Part shown: piece after piece, positions 1-9,957 of the stretch | Position numbering within the stretch: the first letter of the stretch is position 1 | Layout of the letters: each line of letters opens with the position of its first letter | Assembly (NCBI GenBank): GCA_002504905.1 | Contig: DATY01000019.1 | Coordinates: 30,326-94,325 of the forward strand | DNA length: 64,000 nucleotides | DNA from: Euryarchaeota archaeon UBA605 | Lineage (GTDB): Archaea; Thermoplasmatota; Poseidoniia; Poseidoniales; Thalassarchaeaceae | Direction: 5' to 3' | The notes under the pieces: model-generated | The model's database searches: none | The model's input: the letters and a program-made list of their open reading frames with translations, nothing else | Told to the model about the DNA's origin: nothing | Translations under genes and position numbers: made by a program

Positions 1-1
1 A

Positions 2-238
2 CATAATGAAGCATTCGCTGCGGCATCTGTTGCAGTACAAATGGCACTAAAAGTTCCAGAAGATCGATTCAATGTTCATGGAGGAGCCGTAGCAATTGGG
101 CATCCACTAGGAGCAACAGGAACAAGGTGTCTAATGACTACAATCAATGCCCTAAATAGAACTGGGGGGAATAAAGGAATTGTCACAATCTGTCTAGGCG
201 GAGGAAATGCCGTGGCAATGCTAATAGAAGCCAAATAA
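2..238 (+). CDS. Acetyl-CoA acetyltransferase (thiolase), C-terminal fragment; 5' end lies outside the window
   Basis: Frame is open from the window edge (HNEAFAAASVAVQMALK...). C-terminal thiolase signatures NVHGGAVAIGHPLGATG and CLGGGNAVAMLIE. Confidence 0.85.
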   Translation, partial: HNEAFAAASVAVQMALKVPEDRFNVHGGAVAIGHPLGATGTRCLMTTINALNRTGGNKGIVTICLGGGNAVAMLIEAK

Positions 239-323
239 AGGTGAAAATTGTTCAATAATTGACAGAAATAACTGATTAAGTGAGTCAATGCCCTTATGTG
301 GGGGTCGCTGGCCGTTCTGCATC

Positions 324-581
324 ATGGTCAAGCCTGCAAGAGCACATACCCGCTTCGAAAAAGCAAGAATTATTGGTGCGCGCGCACTTCAAATTAGTAT
401 GGGAGCACCTTTATTCGTCTCAGAAGATGAATTGAGAGAAGAGTTCTCAGGAGAATTAATTCAACTGTATGGGGTTGATGAAGCTAAAGAGAGGGTTGTT
501 TTAGATCCAATGAAAATTGCAACTCTAGAATATCTAAAACATAGAATACCAATTGATGTCGAACCACATCTCGACGAATAA
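324..581 (+). CDS. rpoK: DNA-directed RNA polymerase subunit K (Rpo6/omega family)
   Basis: Core motif [22 protein letters not shown] at 324 ([15 protein letters not shown]) is preferred over the ORF-track start at 288, which adds 12 unlikely residues. Confidence 0.8.
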   Translation: MVKPARAHTRFEKARIIGARALQISMGAPLFVSEDELREEFSGELIQLYGVDEAKERVVLDPMKIATLEYLKHRIPIDVEPHLDE

Positions 582-603
582 AACACAATTATATCTATGA
601 CTA

Positions 604-1704
604 ATGGGTCGTGAGATAATGAGATTCGAAAGGGTCAGTGTAGAAAAACTGACTGCAATCATTGTAGGAGTCACAATTCTAGTGATTGCTGCTGGAGGAA
701 CAATTAGAATCTATGATGCCGGAGAATCGTGTCCAGATTGGCCTACATGCTTCGGAACTTGGGGATTTGATATTTCTGAGGAAGAACAAAGAGAATGGTT
801 TGATGAAAATCCAAGTGAGATAGACTCTAGAGGGTCGAGCCATACTTATACTACCTTTGAAATATTCACTGAATGGATACATCGACTTTTAGCAGGAGCT
901 ATTTTAGGGCCTTTAGTAATTTTAAATTGGTTTATCATAAGGAAAGATGAAGAATTAACTAATGAAGTTAAATTGGCTTCATTGATATCCGTATTGCTGA
1001 TAGGTTGGCAGGGTTTTCTAGGATATGTTACTGTAAGATTAGATAATTTACATTGGAGTGTTGCACTACATCTAGCATCTGCACTTCTATTTTTAATGTC
1101 ATTAATTTGGATATGGTTGGCTACTGTAAGAGATAAAGAACAAATTCCCAAATGGATAGAATTTGATCCAATATTGGCTAAAAGATGGACTAATCGTATT
1201 GTATTATTATCATTTGGAACATTCTTGACTTTGTTCCTGGGAGTTTTTGTTTCAACAACACCTGGGGCAAATCAAGGATGTGGCGTTTCAGGATTCCCAG
1301 GATCTTGGCCATTATGTAATGATTCAATATATCAAAAGGTAGTGGATTTTGAGGCTCAATCTCAGATTCTACACAGATTATTAGTTAGTATCGTTGGGAC
1401 AATTCTAGCAATCACTTGTTACATAATTTGGAAGGAAAATAAGGAAGGAGAATATGGAACATTATTATGTAAATGGATTTGGATTTCATCAACATTATAC
1501 CTAATTAATATTGGATTAGGTGGATTATATGTGCTTTCTGCAAAATTAGAAAATTTTGAAATTGTATATTTTGAGTTATTATCTTTGATTCATCTTATGC
1601 TGGCATCACTAGTATTTGTAATGATTACAAGTATACTAATGACTATCAAAGTTATAACGCTGTACGAAAAAAATCATGTTGTGAATGATACTATTGCTCA
1701 ATGA
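604..1704 (+). CDS. ctaA: Heme A synthase (COX15/CtaA family)
   Basis: Polytopic membrane protein with the CPDWPTC motif and a second Cys pair (GCGVSGFPGSWPLC). Lies next to ctaB. Confidence 0.75.
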   Translation: MGREIMRFERVSVEKLTAIIVGVTILVIAAGGTIRIYDAGESCPDWPTCFGTWGFDISEEEQREWFDENPSEIDSRGSSHTYTTFEIFTEWIHRLLAGAILGPLVILNWFIIRKDEELTNEVKLASLISVLLIGWQGFLGYVTVRLDNLHWSVALHLASALLFLMSLIWIWLATVRDKEQIPKWIEFDPILAKRWTNRIVLLSFGTFLTLFLGVFVSTTPGANQGCGVSGFPGSWPLCNDSIYQKVVDFEAQSQILHRLLVSIVGTILAITCYIIWKENKEGEYGTLLCKWIWISSTLYLINIGLGGLYVLSAKLENFEIVYFELLSLIHLMLASLVFVMITSILMTIKVITLYEKNHVVNDTIAQ

Positions 1705-1735
1705 CTTTCAAAGACTATTAGCAATAGGAGTGAAT

Positions 1736-2809
1736 ATGGGAGAGACAAGGGCACTCATTAATTCGCTCTTTTCTTTAACGAAACCAAGAGTGGTTGTACT
1801 ATTACAAATTACTGCAATGTGTGCAATTCTATGTCATGATTTAATCGAGGCTAATAAGATTGATAGAGAAACTATAGAAACAATGACTATTGTATTTATT
1901 GGAGGTTACCTGACCGCTGGAGGTGCTAATTGTATCAATATGTGGTATGACAGAGATATTGACCCAATTATGACTAGAACCTCAAAAAGACCTTTGTCGG
2001 TCGGAGAAATTAGTTCACAGAAAGCTCTTTTATTTGGGATTTCAATTTCAATTATTGGAACATTATGGCTATTGGAAATGGCTAATGAAGTTGCTGCCTT
2101 CTGGGCATTATTCAGCATTCTTTTCTATGTATTTATCTATACCATCTGGCTAAAAAGAACTAGTGTCCAAAATATTGTAATTGGAGGGATTGCTGGGTCA
2201 ACTCCTCCAGTAATTGGTTGGGCAGCAGCAGAAGGTGAAATTGAATTAGTAATGAATTCAACTCGTAACTTTATAGATTCTATTGTGAATATTGGAGGAT
2301 ACATGCCTTGGTTCATGTTTCTACTAATATTCCTATGGACTCCACCACATTTCTGGGCTTTGGCGTTATACAGATCTGAAGAATATGAAAAGGTTGGAGT
2401 CCCGATGATGCCTAATGTTAAAGGAAAAGAAAGAACATTAGTTGAAATGAAGATTTATTCAGTATTATTGATTTTACTATCTTTGACAACCCCCCTAGCA
2501 TTTCAAGAACAAGATAATTGGTTAGAAATTTCAGATATAGATGCAAATATGTCTCTGGCCATTATTAACAGTCTAATGTTGAGCATATGGTATGGAGTTA
2601 CTGTTTGGAAAATAAATGTAAATGAAAATAATGATGAAAATAATAGAATGCCTACTGCTTCACATTCTTTTTTCATATCGCTAACATATCTAGCCATAAT
2701 GTTCGTCATACTAGTATTGACAAGCAGTAATTTCATAATAAATGGAACAATACTAAGCACCATCTTAATTTTATACATAATTTTTAGAAATAAAGGAGTT
2801 AAGAAATAA
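1736..2809 (+). CDS. ctaB: Protoheme IX farnesyltransferase (heme O synthase, UbiA family)
   Basis: UbiA-type motif NMWYDRDIDPIMTRTSKRPL and TPPHFWALA. AGGAG lies 5 nt upstream of ATG 1736 (ORF-track start 1685 overlaps ctaA). Has a C-terminal extra TM extension. Confidence 0.85.
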   Translation: MGETRALINSLFSLTKPRVVVLLQITAMCAILCHDLIEANKIDRETIETMTIVFIGGYLTAGGANCINMWYDRDIDPIMTRTSKRPLSVGEISSQKALLFGISISIIGTLWLLEMANEVAAFWALFSILFYVFIYTIWLKRTSVQNIVIGGIAGSTPPVIGWAAAEGEIELVMNSTRNFIDSIVNIGGYMPWFMFLLIFLWTPPHFWALALYRSEEYEKVGVPMMPNVKGKERTLVEMKIYSVLLILLSLTTPLAFQEQDNWLEISDIDANMSLAIINSLMLSIWYGVTVWKINVNENNDENNRMPTASHSFFISLTYLAIMFVILVLTSSNFIINGTILSTILILYIIFRNKGVKK

Positions 2810-2878
2810 TTGTGTTTTCTTTCCCGATGGATTCAAGCACTAAACAGTTAGTTGCGGAACAGAAAAGGTGGTGGCCTG

Positions 2879-4132
2879 ATGGATGAGAAGGACCTGATTT
2901 TTGATTGGAACGTTATTGACTATGAAATCAAAAGAGATTCATCAAATCATCCACATGAGGTATGGTTCGATGATGAAACTCTAAGGGACGGTTTGCAAAG
3001 TCCAAGTGCCAGAAATCCCACAATTAAACAAAAAATCGAACTAATTGATTTTATGGAAAAACTTGGGATTCAAAAAGTAGATTTAGGATTGCCAGGAGCT
3101 GGACCTTTTCATGTAAATCATATAGATTCTATGCTATCTCATATGACTGAAAATTCATTTGAATTGAGACCGGGGTGTGCAGTTAGAACTGTAGTTGATG
3201 ATATTAGACCTTTAGTTGATTTACAGGCTAAACATGAAGTACAAATTCAGGCAAGTGCATTCCTAGGAACTAGTCCTATCAGGCAATATACTGAAGGTTG
3301 GGATATGGATAGAATATTATCAACTGCTGAAAAAGCAGTTACATTTGCAGTTGATAACGATATTCCGGTAATGTTTGTCACAGAAGATACAACTAGAAGT
3401 AAGCCCGAAGAAATAAAACAAGTTTATACCAGAGCAATCGAACTAGGTGCCGATAGGATTTGCGTTTGCGATACATGCGGACATGTAACCCCTAATGGAG
3501 TTAGAAAGTTGCTATCCTTTATCCAAAATGAAGTGATTCCAGACTCAGGAGTTAAACGTAGAGATATAGAAGTAAACTGGCATGGCCATCAAGATAGGGG
3601 TCTTGGGGTTGCAAATAATTTAGCAGCCGTTGAAGTAGGTGCAGATGTAATTCATGGAACCGCATTAGGAGTAGGGGAAAGAGCAGGTAATGCTCCTTTG
3701 GATCAAACATTAGTAAATCTGAGTTTAATGGGAATAATCAATAATGATTTGACTGCATTGAATGATTATATGCAAAAAGCACATGAATACATCGAAGTAG
3801 CCCTACCAAGAAACTATCCTGTATTTGGTAAAGATGCATTCGAGACAGGTACGGGAGTACATGCAAGTGCCGTAGTTAAGGCTATGAAAAAAGGAGAACA
3901 TTGGCTTGCAGATAGAATCTATTCCGGAGTTCCTGCCCAAGATTATGGTCTAGAGCAAGTAATCAGAATTGGACACATGAGCGGCCGTTCAAACATAACA
4001 TGGTGGCTTAGTAAAAATAATTATCAAATTACTGATGAACTAGTTGCTCATCTTTTTACAATCGCAAAACAACAACGTAGATTAATGGATGATGATGAAG
4101 TTCATCTAGCAATAAAGAATTGGCAAAAATAA
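2879..4132 (+). CDS. HMGL-like TIM-barrel enzyme (2-isopropylmalate / homocitrate / citramalate synthase-like), no LeuA regulatory domain
   Basis: DETLRDGLQSP near the N-terminus, HGHQDRGLGVANNLAAVEVGADVIHGTALGVGERAGNAPL metal/substrate motif region. Exact substrate cannot be assigned by eye. Confidence 0.65.
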   Translation: MDEKDLIFDWNVIDYEIKRDSSNHPHEVWFDDETLRDGLQSPSARNPTIKQKIELIDFMEKLGIQKVDLGLPGAGPFHVNHIDSMLSHMTENSFELRPGCAVRTVVDDIRPLVDLQAKHEVQIQASAFLGTSPIRQYTEGWDMDRILSTAEKAVTFAVDNDIPVMFVTEDTTRSKPEEIKQVYTRAIELGADRICVCDTCGHVTPNGVRKLLSFIQNEVIPDSGVKRRDIEVNWHGHQDRGLGVANNLAAVEVGADVIHGTALGVGERAGNAPLDQTLVNLSLMGIINNDLTALNDYMQKAHEYIEVALPRNYPVFGKDAFETGTGVHASAVVKAMKKGEHWLADRIYSGVPAQDYGLEQVIRIGHMSGRSNITWWLSKNNYQITDELVAHLFTIAKQQRRLMDDDEVHLAIKNWQK

Positions 4133-4192
4133 TGACTTATTGTTAATGCATGATTAACGAATACCTAAAACCCCTACTGACATGTCAGGGGT

Positions 4193-7100
4193 ATGCGTTT
4201 GGCATTATTCGTAGTTTTTATTTTGCTTTCCGCACCAATTTCAGGCTTAGTTTCTGCTGATGATAGAAATCAAGAAGAATTATCATCAAATACACGAGAA
4301 TTGATTATTCCTACTTATTCAATTGCAGTACAATTGGCATTTGAAAGGGTATCAGATTTAGAACAATATTCTACGGAAGAATTAGAGGATACTGGGCAAT
4401 GGTTAGTTATCTCATCGAGTAACAAAGATGAACAAATGAAAATGATCCCAAAATCAGTCACTATAGAAAGCGCATCTCAATTACGAGGAGCATATATTTG
4501 GAATCTCGAATCGACATCAAATATAGTAGAAAAATTTGAAAAATTACTAGAAAATGGAGATATTGAGTCCTTTTCCCCCTTAATTAAGAAACAACAAGTA
4601 ACACGTTCAATCCCTAATGATGAGGTATTTGACGATCAATGGCATCTGAGAAACACGGGGCAAACATCGGGAACATTTGGAGAAGATGCAAATGTCACTT
4701 CAGTTTGGAATTCTTATACAGGCAATGGGATTATAATCAGTGTAGTTGATGATGGCTTAGATAAAGATCATCCAGATATTTCACCCAATTATTCGCCTAA
4801 TCATTCCTATGACTGGTGTAACAATGATGCAGACCCTACTCCGACCAGTAATAATGGACATGGAACTGCAGCTGGAGGAGTTGCTGCTGCTGCAGGAGAT
4901 AACTCAATTCATGTAGCAGGTGCAGCCTATGACGCAACTCTTGCTGGTTCAACATTAATTGCATGTTGGGCAGGAGATTCTACAGAGGCTGATGCATTAT
5001 CTTTCATGAACAATGAAACTCACATCTATACCAACTCTTGGGGACCTAGTGATAATGGACAAACATTGGACGCCCCTGGGCCATTGATGTTAGCAGCATT
5101 TGAAAATGATGCTTATGAAGGTAGAAATGGACTAGGAAATATCATTACATGGGCAGCAGGAAATGGCCTTACAAGTGATGATAATGCTAATTATGACGGT
5201 TGGGCAAATAGTAGATTTACTATTGCTGTTTCGGCAATTACTCATTATGGAGAACAGTCATACTATTCTGAGCCTGGAGCGAGTATCCTAGTGGCCGCCC
5301 ATTCTAACGGAGACGGTGAAGGAATAACTACAACTGATATCCATGATGATCCAGATACAACATCAGATGATGCTGGCTATGATAATGGAAATGTGACAAA
5401 TAGTTTTGGAGGAACTTCTAGTGCCACTCCTTTGGCTGCAGGTGTAATCGCTTTGATATTAGATGCGAATGAAAACCTAACCTGGAGAGATGTCCAGCAT
5501 ATATTGGTAAACAGTGCAAGAATGAATGACCCTACAGATTCAAGTTGGGGAATTAATGATGCTGGACATGATGTATCCCATAAGTATGGATTTGGGGCTG
5601 TAGATGCTGGAAGAGCGGTTTCGTTAGCAGAAAATTGGACAAATGTAGATGAGGAGGTGAATCTCACATTCGGACCGTATTTGCCATCATTTACAATCCC
5701 AACATCGACTAACTCATGGAGTGAATTTGATGTCCAAATTACTGATGATATTAGTTTAGAAAGTATAGATGTTGTAGTGGATATCGATCATTCCAACAGA
5801 GGTGATTTAGAGATAGTTTTGGAATCTCCAAATGGTACTCAATCATGGCTGGCTGAAGAGCATAACGATGGAGGTAATGATTATTCTAATTGGATGTTTA
5901 ACACGGTGCATCACTGGGATGAAAGTAGTTTAGGAACCTGGAAATTAAAGATAAGAGATACCACTTCAGGCACATCTGGTACACTTAATTCATGGCAAAT
6001 GATAATCCATGGCATGAATATAGATTTAGACTATGACGATGATGGTATTTCAAATGAGAATGAAACTTTAATTTGGGGAACAGACCCTTACAATGAAGAT
6101 ACTGATTCCGATGGATTGAATGATTATGATGAAATTTTTGTTTATTTTACAAATGCAACGATGTCAGATACTGATTTAGATGGTTTATCTGATTTAATTG
6201 AAATATCAGTTTATCAAACCGATCCAAACAGTCAAGATACTGATTCTGATGGGTTAAATGATGGCGCTGAAATTAATCTATGGCAGAGTAATCCGTTGAT
6301 CTTTGATGCAGATGAAGATTCTGATTTTTATTATCACTTCAATGATTGTAATGATCAAGATGCAGAGATTAACCCTGGTAAACCGGAGAAATTAAATGGA
6401 TTCGATGATAATTGTGATGATTTAATTGATGAAGGATTTAATTTTACAGATAGGGATAATGACGGGTTGAAAGATTGGCCAGAATATCATATTCATAACA
6501 CTGACTATAGAAATGCAGATACCGACGGTGATGGATTAAATGACGGTTCGGAAGTTAACTTATACTCAGATTTAGGAGCAAATCCTTTAATCTTTGATGA
6601 AGATAATGACGGCGATACATGGTATTGGTTTGAGGACTGTGACGATAACAATATACTTAGATCACCTGGCTTACCTGAAGCTTTAGATTCGATTGACAAT
6701 GACTGTGATGAAGAAATTGATGAAGATTTCATAGATTTAGATACTGATTCAGATGGCTTATCAGACTATGATGAGTATTATTTCATCTCAACTAATCCTA
6801 ATGACGGCGATACAGATAAAGATGGATTACCGGACGGTATTGAAGTCAATACATACGCAGAATTGGGAGCTAACCCACTTGTATTTGACGAAGACAGTGA
6901 TGGCGATGGTTGGTACTGGTTTCAGGACTGTGCAGACGACGACCCAGATGTTTCTCCTTCGTTAATTGAAATGTTAGATAAAAAAGATAACGATTGTGAT
7001 GGAGAAATTGATGAAGATTTCTATACAATTGATTCTGACAATGATGGACTATCAGATTTCGAAGAATATCATAATATAACTTCTGATTATAATGATGAGG

Positions 7101-8011
7101 ACACAGATGGAGATGGAATTAATGATGGAGTAGAAGTTTTAACTAAAATGTCTAATCCTCTGATATTTAACTATGATAATGATAATGACGAATACTATGA
7201 TTTCGAGGATTGTGACGATTTAAATTCAGAAATCAATCCTAATTCGATTGAAATCTGGAATGGTTTAGATGATGATTGTAACGAATTAATTGATGATAAT
7301 CTGAAAAGAGAGAATCTTGTTCTTGTAATTCCTCGTACTCAGGTTATCTATAATTGGGATGCTGTTAACGAGAGTTTAATTTTTGGCCTAAATAATATTC
7401 CATCACAGGTAAATACAGAAATATCCTGGCGCATAGGAGATTATGACTTATCAGAGAATCTCTCAAACCAAAATACAAGATTAGTCATTGATGAATTAGA
7501 ATGTAGTAAGAATAAAGATAATCTAACTTTATTACTATGTACAAATGGAACGAGTAGACAACTAATTACTGCAACAATTGTTGATTCAGGAGTTTCCACT
7601 GAATTTATCTGGGAACTTGATATGATTGTTTGGATTCCACCCCCAACACTATTTGATAATTTAGTATCTTTCTTAACTAGTGGTTTGGGAATCTTATTAT
7701 TATCTATGATTATGATGTCAATTCTATCTGCAGGCGTATTTGTTAATTACAGAATTAAGCAAAAGAGACTACTTGAAGAAGCCTATACTTCGTATAATAT
7801 TCCTTCAAATAAAGTAGAATATGAATATTCATTTACAAAAACAGAATTACCTTCAGCACCAGATTTATCATTATTAGAAATGCAAAATAAGGCCTATGAA
7901 GAATCAATACCTAATCTACCCTCAACTATACCAATGTTAACTATACCGAGTAAAAAAATAGATGATGAAGTTGAATTATTAGATTTACCTTCAAGAATAA
8001 TTGAAGAATAA
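4193..8011 (+). CDS. Kexin/furin-like subtilase (S8B) with P-domain, TSP3-type plus Cys-rich repeats, C-terminal TM anchor
   Basis: Signal peptide. Catalytic motifs VVDDGLD, HGTAAGG, SWGPSDNG, AAGNG, GGTSSATPLAAGVIALIL. P-domain-like block (DHSNRGDLEIVLESPNGT...GTWKLKIRDT...LNSWQMIIHG). DTDSDGLND-type repeats. TM LGILLLSMIMMSILSAGVFV followed by a ~90-aa tail. Confidence 0.85.
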   Translation: MRLALFVVFILLSAPISGLVSADDRNQEELSSNTRELIIPTYSIAVQLAFERVSDLEQYSTEELEDTGQWLVISSSNKDEQMKMIPKSVTIESASQLRGAYIWNLESTSNIVEKFEKLLENGDIESFSPLIKKQQVTRSIPNDEVFDDQWHLRNTGQTSGTFGEDANVTSVWNSYTGNGIIISVVDDGLDKDHPDISPNYSPNHSYDWCNNDADPTPTSNNGHGTAAGGVAAAAGDNSIHVAGAAYDATLAGSTLIACWAGDSTEADALSFMNNETHIYTNSWGPSDNGQTLDAPGPLMLAAFENDAYEGRNGLGNIITWAAGNGLTSDDNANYDGWANSRFTIAVSAITHYGEQSYYSEPGASILVAAHSNGDGEGITTTDIHDDPDTTSDDAGYDNGNVTNSFGGTSSATPLAAGVIALILDANENLTWRDVQHILVNSARMNDPTDSSWGINDAGHDVSHKYGFGAVDAGRAVSLAENWTNVDEEVNLTFGPYLPSFTIPTSTNSWSEFDVQITDDISLESIDVVVDIDHSNRGDLEIVLESPNGTQSWLAEEHNDGGNDYSNWMFNTVHHWDESSLGTWKLKIRDTTSGTSGTLNSWQMIIHGMNIDLDYDDDGISNENETLIWGTDPYNEDTDSDGLNDYDEIFVYFTNATMSDTDLDGLSDLIEISVYQTDPNSQDTDSDGLNDGAEINLWQSNPLIFDADEDSDFYYHFNDCNDQDAEINPGKPEKLNGFDDNCDDLIDEGFNFTDRDNDGLKDWPEYHIHNTDYRNADTDGDGLNDGSEVNLYSDLGANPLIFDEDNDGDTWYWFEDCDDNNILRSPGLPEALDSIDNDCDEEIDEDFIDLDTDSDGLSDYDEYYFISTNPNDGDTDKDGLPDGIEVNTYAELGANPLVFDEDSDGDGWYWFQDCADDDPDVSPSLIEMLDKKDNDCDGEIDEDFYTIDSDNDGLSDFEEYHNITSDYNDEDTDGDGINDGVEVLTKMSNPLIFNYDNDNDEYYDFEDCDDLNSEINPNSIEIWNGLDDDCNELIDDNLKRENLVLVIPRTQVIYNWDAVNESLIFGLNNIPSQVNTEISWRIGDYDLSENLSNQNTRLVIDELECSKNKDNLTLLLCTNGTSRQLITATIVDSGVSTEFIWELDMIVWIPPPTLFDNLVSFLTSGLGILLLSMIMMSILSAGVFVNYRIKQKRLLEEAYTSYNIPSNKVEYEYSFTKTELPSAPDLSLLEMQNKAYEESIPNLPSTIPMLTIPSKKIDDEVELLDLPSRIIEE
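6020..7300 (+). repeat. Protein-level tandem repeats (~97 aa, ~290 nt period): TSP3-type Ca-binding loops plus a C-x-D...D-N-D-C-D-x-x-I-D-E Cys-rich motif
   Basis: Four Cys-rich units read directly: FNDCNDQDAEINPGKPEKLNGFDDNCDDLIDEGF, FEDCDDNNILRSPGLPEALDSIDNDCDEEIDEDF, FQDCADDDPDVSPSLIEMLDKKDNDCDGEIDEDF, FEDCDDLNSEINPNSIEIWNGLDDDCNELIDDNL. Each follows D-x-D-x-DG-(L/I)-x-D loops. The DNA copies are diverged. Confidence 0.7.
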
Positions 8012-8014
8012 GAA

Positions 8015-9364
8015 TCATGATTCTTCAGGAGATGGATGTTCATTTTGCCCCCATTCAGCATCCGGACTTCCGCCTGACCATTCTCCTTCGATAGAAATAT
8101 CTTCCACATCGTCATCTTCTCTCCATGGAGGTTCTCCGTCAGAACCGCTGATAATCAAACAACCTTCTTCATCCAGCCTTTTTTGTAGAGTTCTAATTCC
8201 TGATTTCATAGGTAACAAATGACCAATGGGGGTTCCTGCAGTCACGAATGGATGAGTAGCGGTACAAATCAATAAACCTCGATTTGGAGAATAGACATCA
8301 TGACTAATCCCTGGTCTCTCAGGATCGGTAATTGTCGCGACAACTTCTCCTTCATCTACAAAACTACCAGCAGGTGCCAATATATCCAAAAGACCTCCTT
8401 GATCAGATCTAATCCAAACAGAACCGGACGCTAGAATCCTAAAATAAGGTCGATTAGGATAACCCGGAATCATTCGTAAACTCCTAAGAACATTTAGAAT
8501 ACCATAAATTGCTACTTGAACAGATTCTGGATCTGCTTCATTGGATCCACCGCCCTCATAAGTAATGCAACCAATACCAGATTTATTTGCAGCTCTTCTC
8601 AAAGATCCTTTTGGACCTTCATTATCTAGGATAGTTTCTATTCCAAATGACCTTGCTATTCGATTACTCTCAGGATGAGCTAGATTTGCTCTAATTTGAG
8701 GCATATTTGTCCTTCCAGGTGCCGCAGTATGAAGATCAATAACATGGTCAGAAGTTTGAATAATTGATTTCCATATACGATTAGCGATTCTAGAAGTTGT
8801 ATTACTTTCACTGTTACCAGGAAAATTTCTATTTAGGTCGCGCCCATCAGGAAATTTTCGAGTTTGACGACGATATCCTGGGAGATTAATTATTGGAATT
8901 ATTCTGATTGTTCCAGATAACATAGAAGGATCAATGTCTTCTCCTGAACCAATGAAGTTAGGCCCACATAGGTATGTTAATGCTAGAGGTCCGACAAGTT
9001 CATTTCCGTGTACTGCGCCCAAAATTGTAACTACTGGGCCCGGTCTCGAACCATGTATTATTGTTACTGGAATTGGCCAGGAGTCTCCAATTTCAACATC
9101 TAATAAGTTAAAATCAATTTTTCTTATACTACCTGGTTTTATTCTTTTACGATCGAATAGATGAGTTTTTGGCCCACTTTCTCTAGACCATTTCTTAGGT
9201 GAAGGTGATTTACGCTCAAATGCCTTTTCTATTTCTTTACGACGTTTTTTCGATAACTGATTAGCTACTTTGAGAGGCTTGTGCCGACGTCTATTTTTGC
9301 GTGGCGCTGGAGAATCTTTTCTAGCCATAGACGGCGATTCATTTTCTTCATCGGTAGCAGACAA
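8015..9364 (-). CDS. Succinylglutamate desuccinylase/aspartoacylase (AstE/AspA, M14-like) family zinc deacylase with charged terminal extensions
   Basis: AVHGNELVG (H-x-x-E zinc ligands), DLNRNFPG and IDLHTA motifs. N-terminal ~85 aa is K/R/S/P-rich; C-terminal ~45 aa is D/E-rich. Confidence 0.7.
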   Translation of the reverse strand: MSATDEENESPSMARKDSPAPRKNRRRHKPLKVANQLSKKRRKEIEKAFERKSPSPKKWSRESGPKTHLFDRKRIKPGSIRKIDFNLLDVEIGDSWPIPVTIIHGSRPGPVVTILGAVHGNELVGPLALTYLCGPNFIGSGEDIDPSMLSGTIRIIPIINLPGYRRQTRKFPDGRDLNRNFPGNSESNTTSRIANRIWKSIIQTSDHVIDLHTAAPGRTNMPQIRANLAHPESNRIARSFGIETILDNEGPKGSLRRAANKSGIGCITYEGGGSNEADPESVQVAIYGILNVLRSLRMIPGYPNRPYFRILASGSVWIRSDQGGLLDILAPAGSFVDEGEVVATITDPERPGISHDVYSPNRGLLICTATHPFVTAGTPIGHLLPMKSGIRTLQKRLDEEGCLIISGSDGEPPWREDDDVEDISIEGEWSGGSPDAEWGQNEHPSPEES

Positions 9365-9451
9365 CGACTCTCGGAAGAGGTCCTTAAATTAAGATAGTCT
9401 GATGATTGATTTATGGAATAATTCAATTCCCTATACCCTTTGTGAGACAAT

Positions 9452-9928
9452 ATGGAACATCAACATGACATTTCTGTACAAGATCAATACGCGCCGAATA
9501 GTATCTGTTTCGGTTGCGGCCCCGCCAATGAAAAAGGATTACAAATTAAATCATTTAGAACGGAAAATGGGCTTAAGATGGAGTTTGAAACTAAGATTGA
9601 ACACCAAGCATTTCCTGGGATAATTAACGGAGGAATAATTAGTACTCTACTCGATTGTCATGGCAATTGGGCAGCAACTATAGCCTTAATGGAACATAAT
9701 AAAAATGAGATACCTCCGTGCACTGTAACTTCGACATTTAGTTTGAAACTGAAAAGACCAACTCCCTTGGATTCTAAATTAGAAATTACAGCTATTGTGA
9801 GCGAGTTAAATGATGATAGAGCATTGGTAAAGATGACTTTGGAGGCAAATGGGAAAATTTGTGCTACTGGAGAAGGATTATTTGTAGCAGTAAAAGAAGG
9901 GCATCCTGCTTATCACAGATGGAATTAA
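9452..9928 (+). CDS. Hotdog-fold thioesterase (PaaI-like)
   Basis: CFGCGPANEKGL followed by GIINGGIISTLLDCHG; size of 158 aa is typical. Confidence 0.6.
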   Translation: MEHQHDISVQDQYAPNSICFGCGPANEKGLQIKSFRTENGLKMEFETKIEHQAFPGIINGGIISTLLDCHGNWAATIALMEHNKNEIPPCTVTSTFSLKLKRPTPLDSKLEITAIVSELNDDRALVKMTLEANGKICATGEGLFVAVKEGHPAYHRWN

Positions 9929-9957
9929 CGACACGGCATCCTTTAGAACGGCCGATT

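Noticed and set aside
4171-4191. Hairpin CCCCT-(11 nt)-AGGGG just upstream of the subtilase ATG, considered as a terminator of the preceding gene.
   Set aside because: It has only a 5-bp stem with no following T-tract, and it may just contain the SD-like GGGG of the next gene.
9859-9957. N-terminal extension of the Hel308 ORF (MCYWRRIICSSKRR...) overlapping the thioesterase gene.
   Set aside because: The extension is Cys/Arg-rich with no helicase homology. ATG 9958 follows the upstream stop and gives a normal Hel308 N-terminus.
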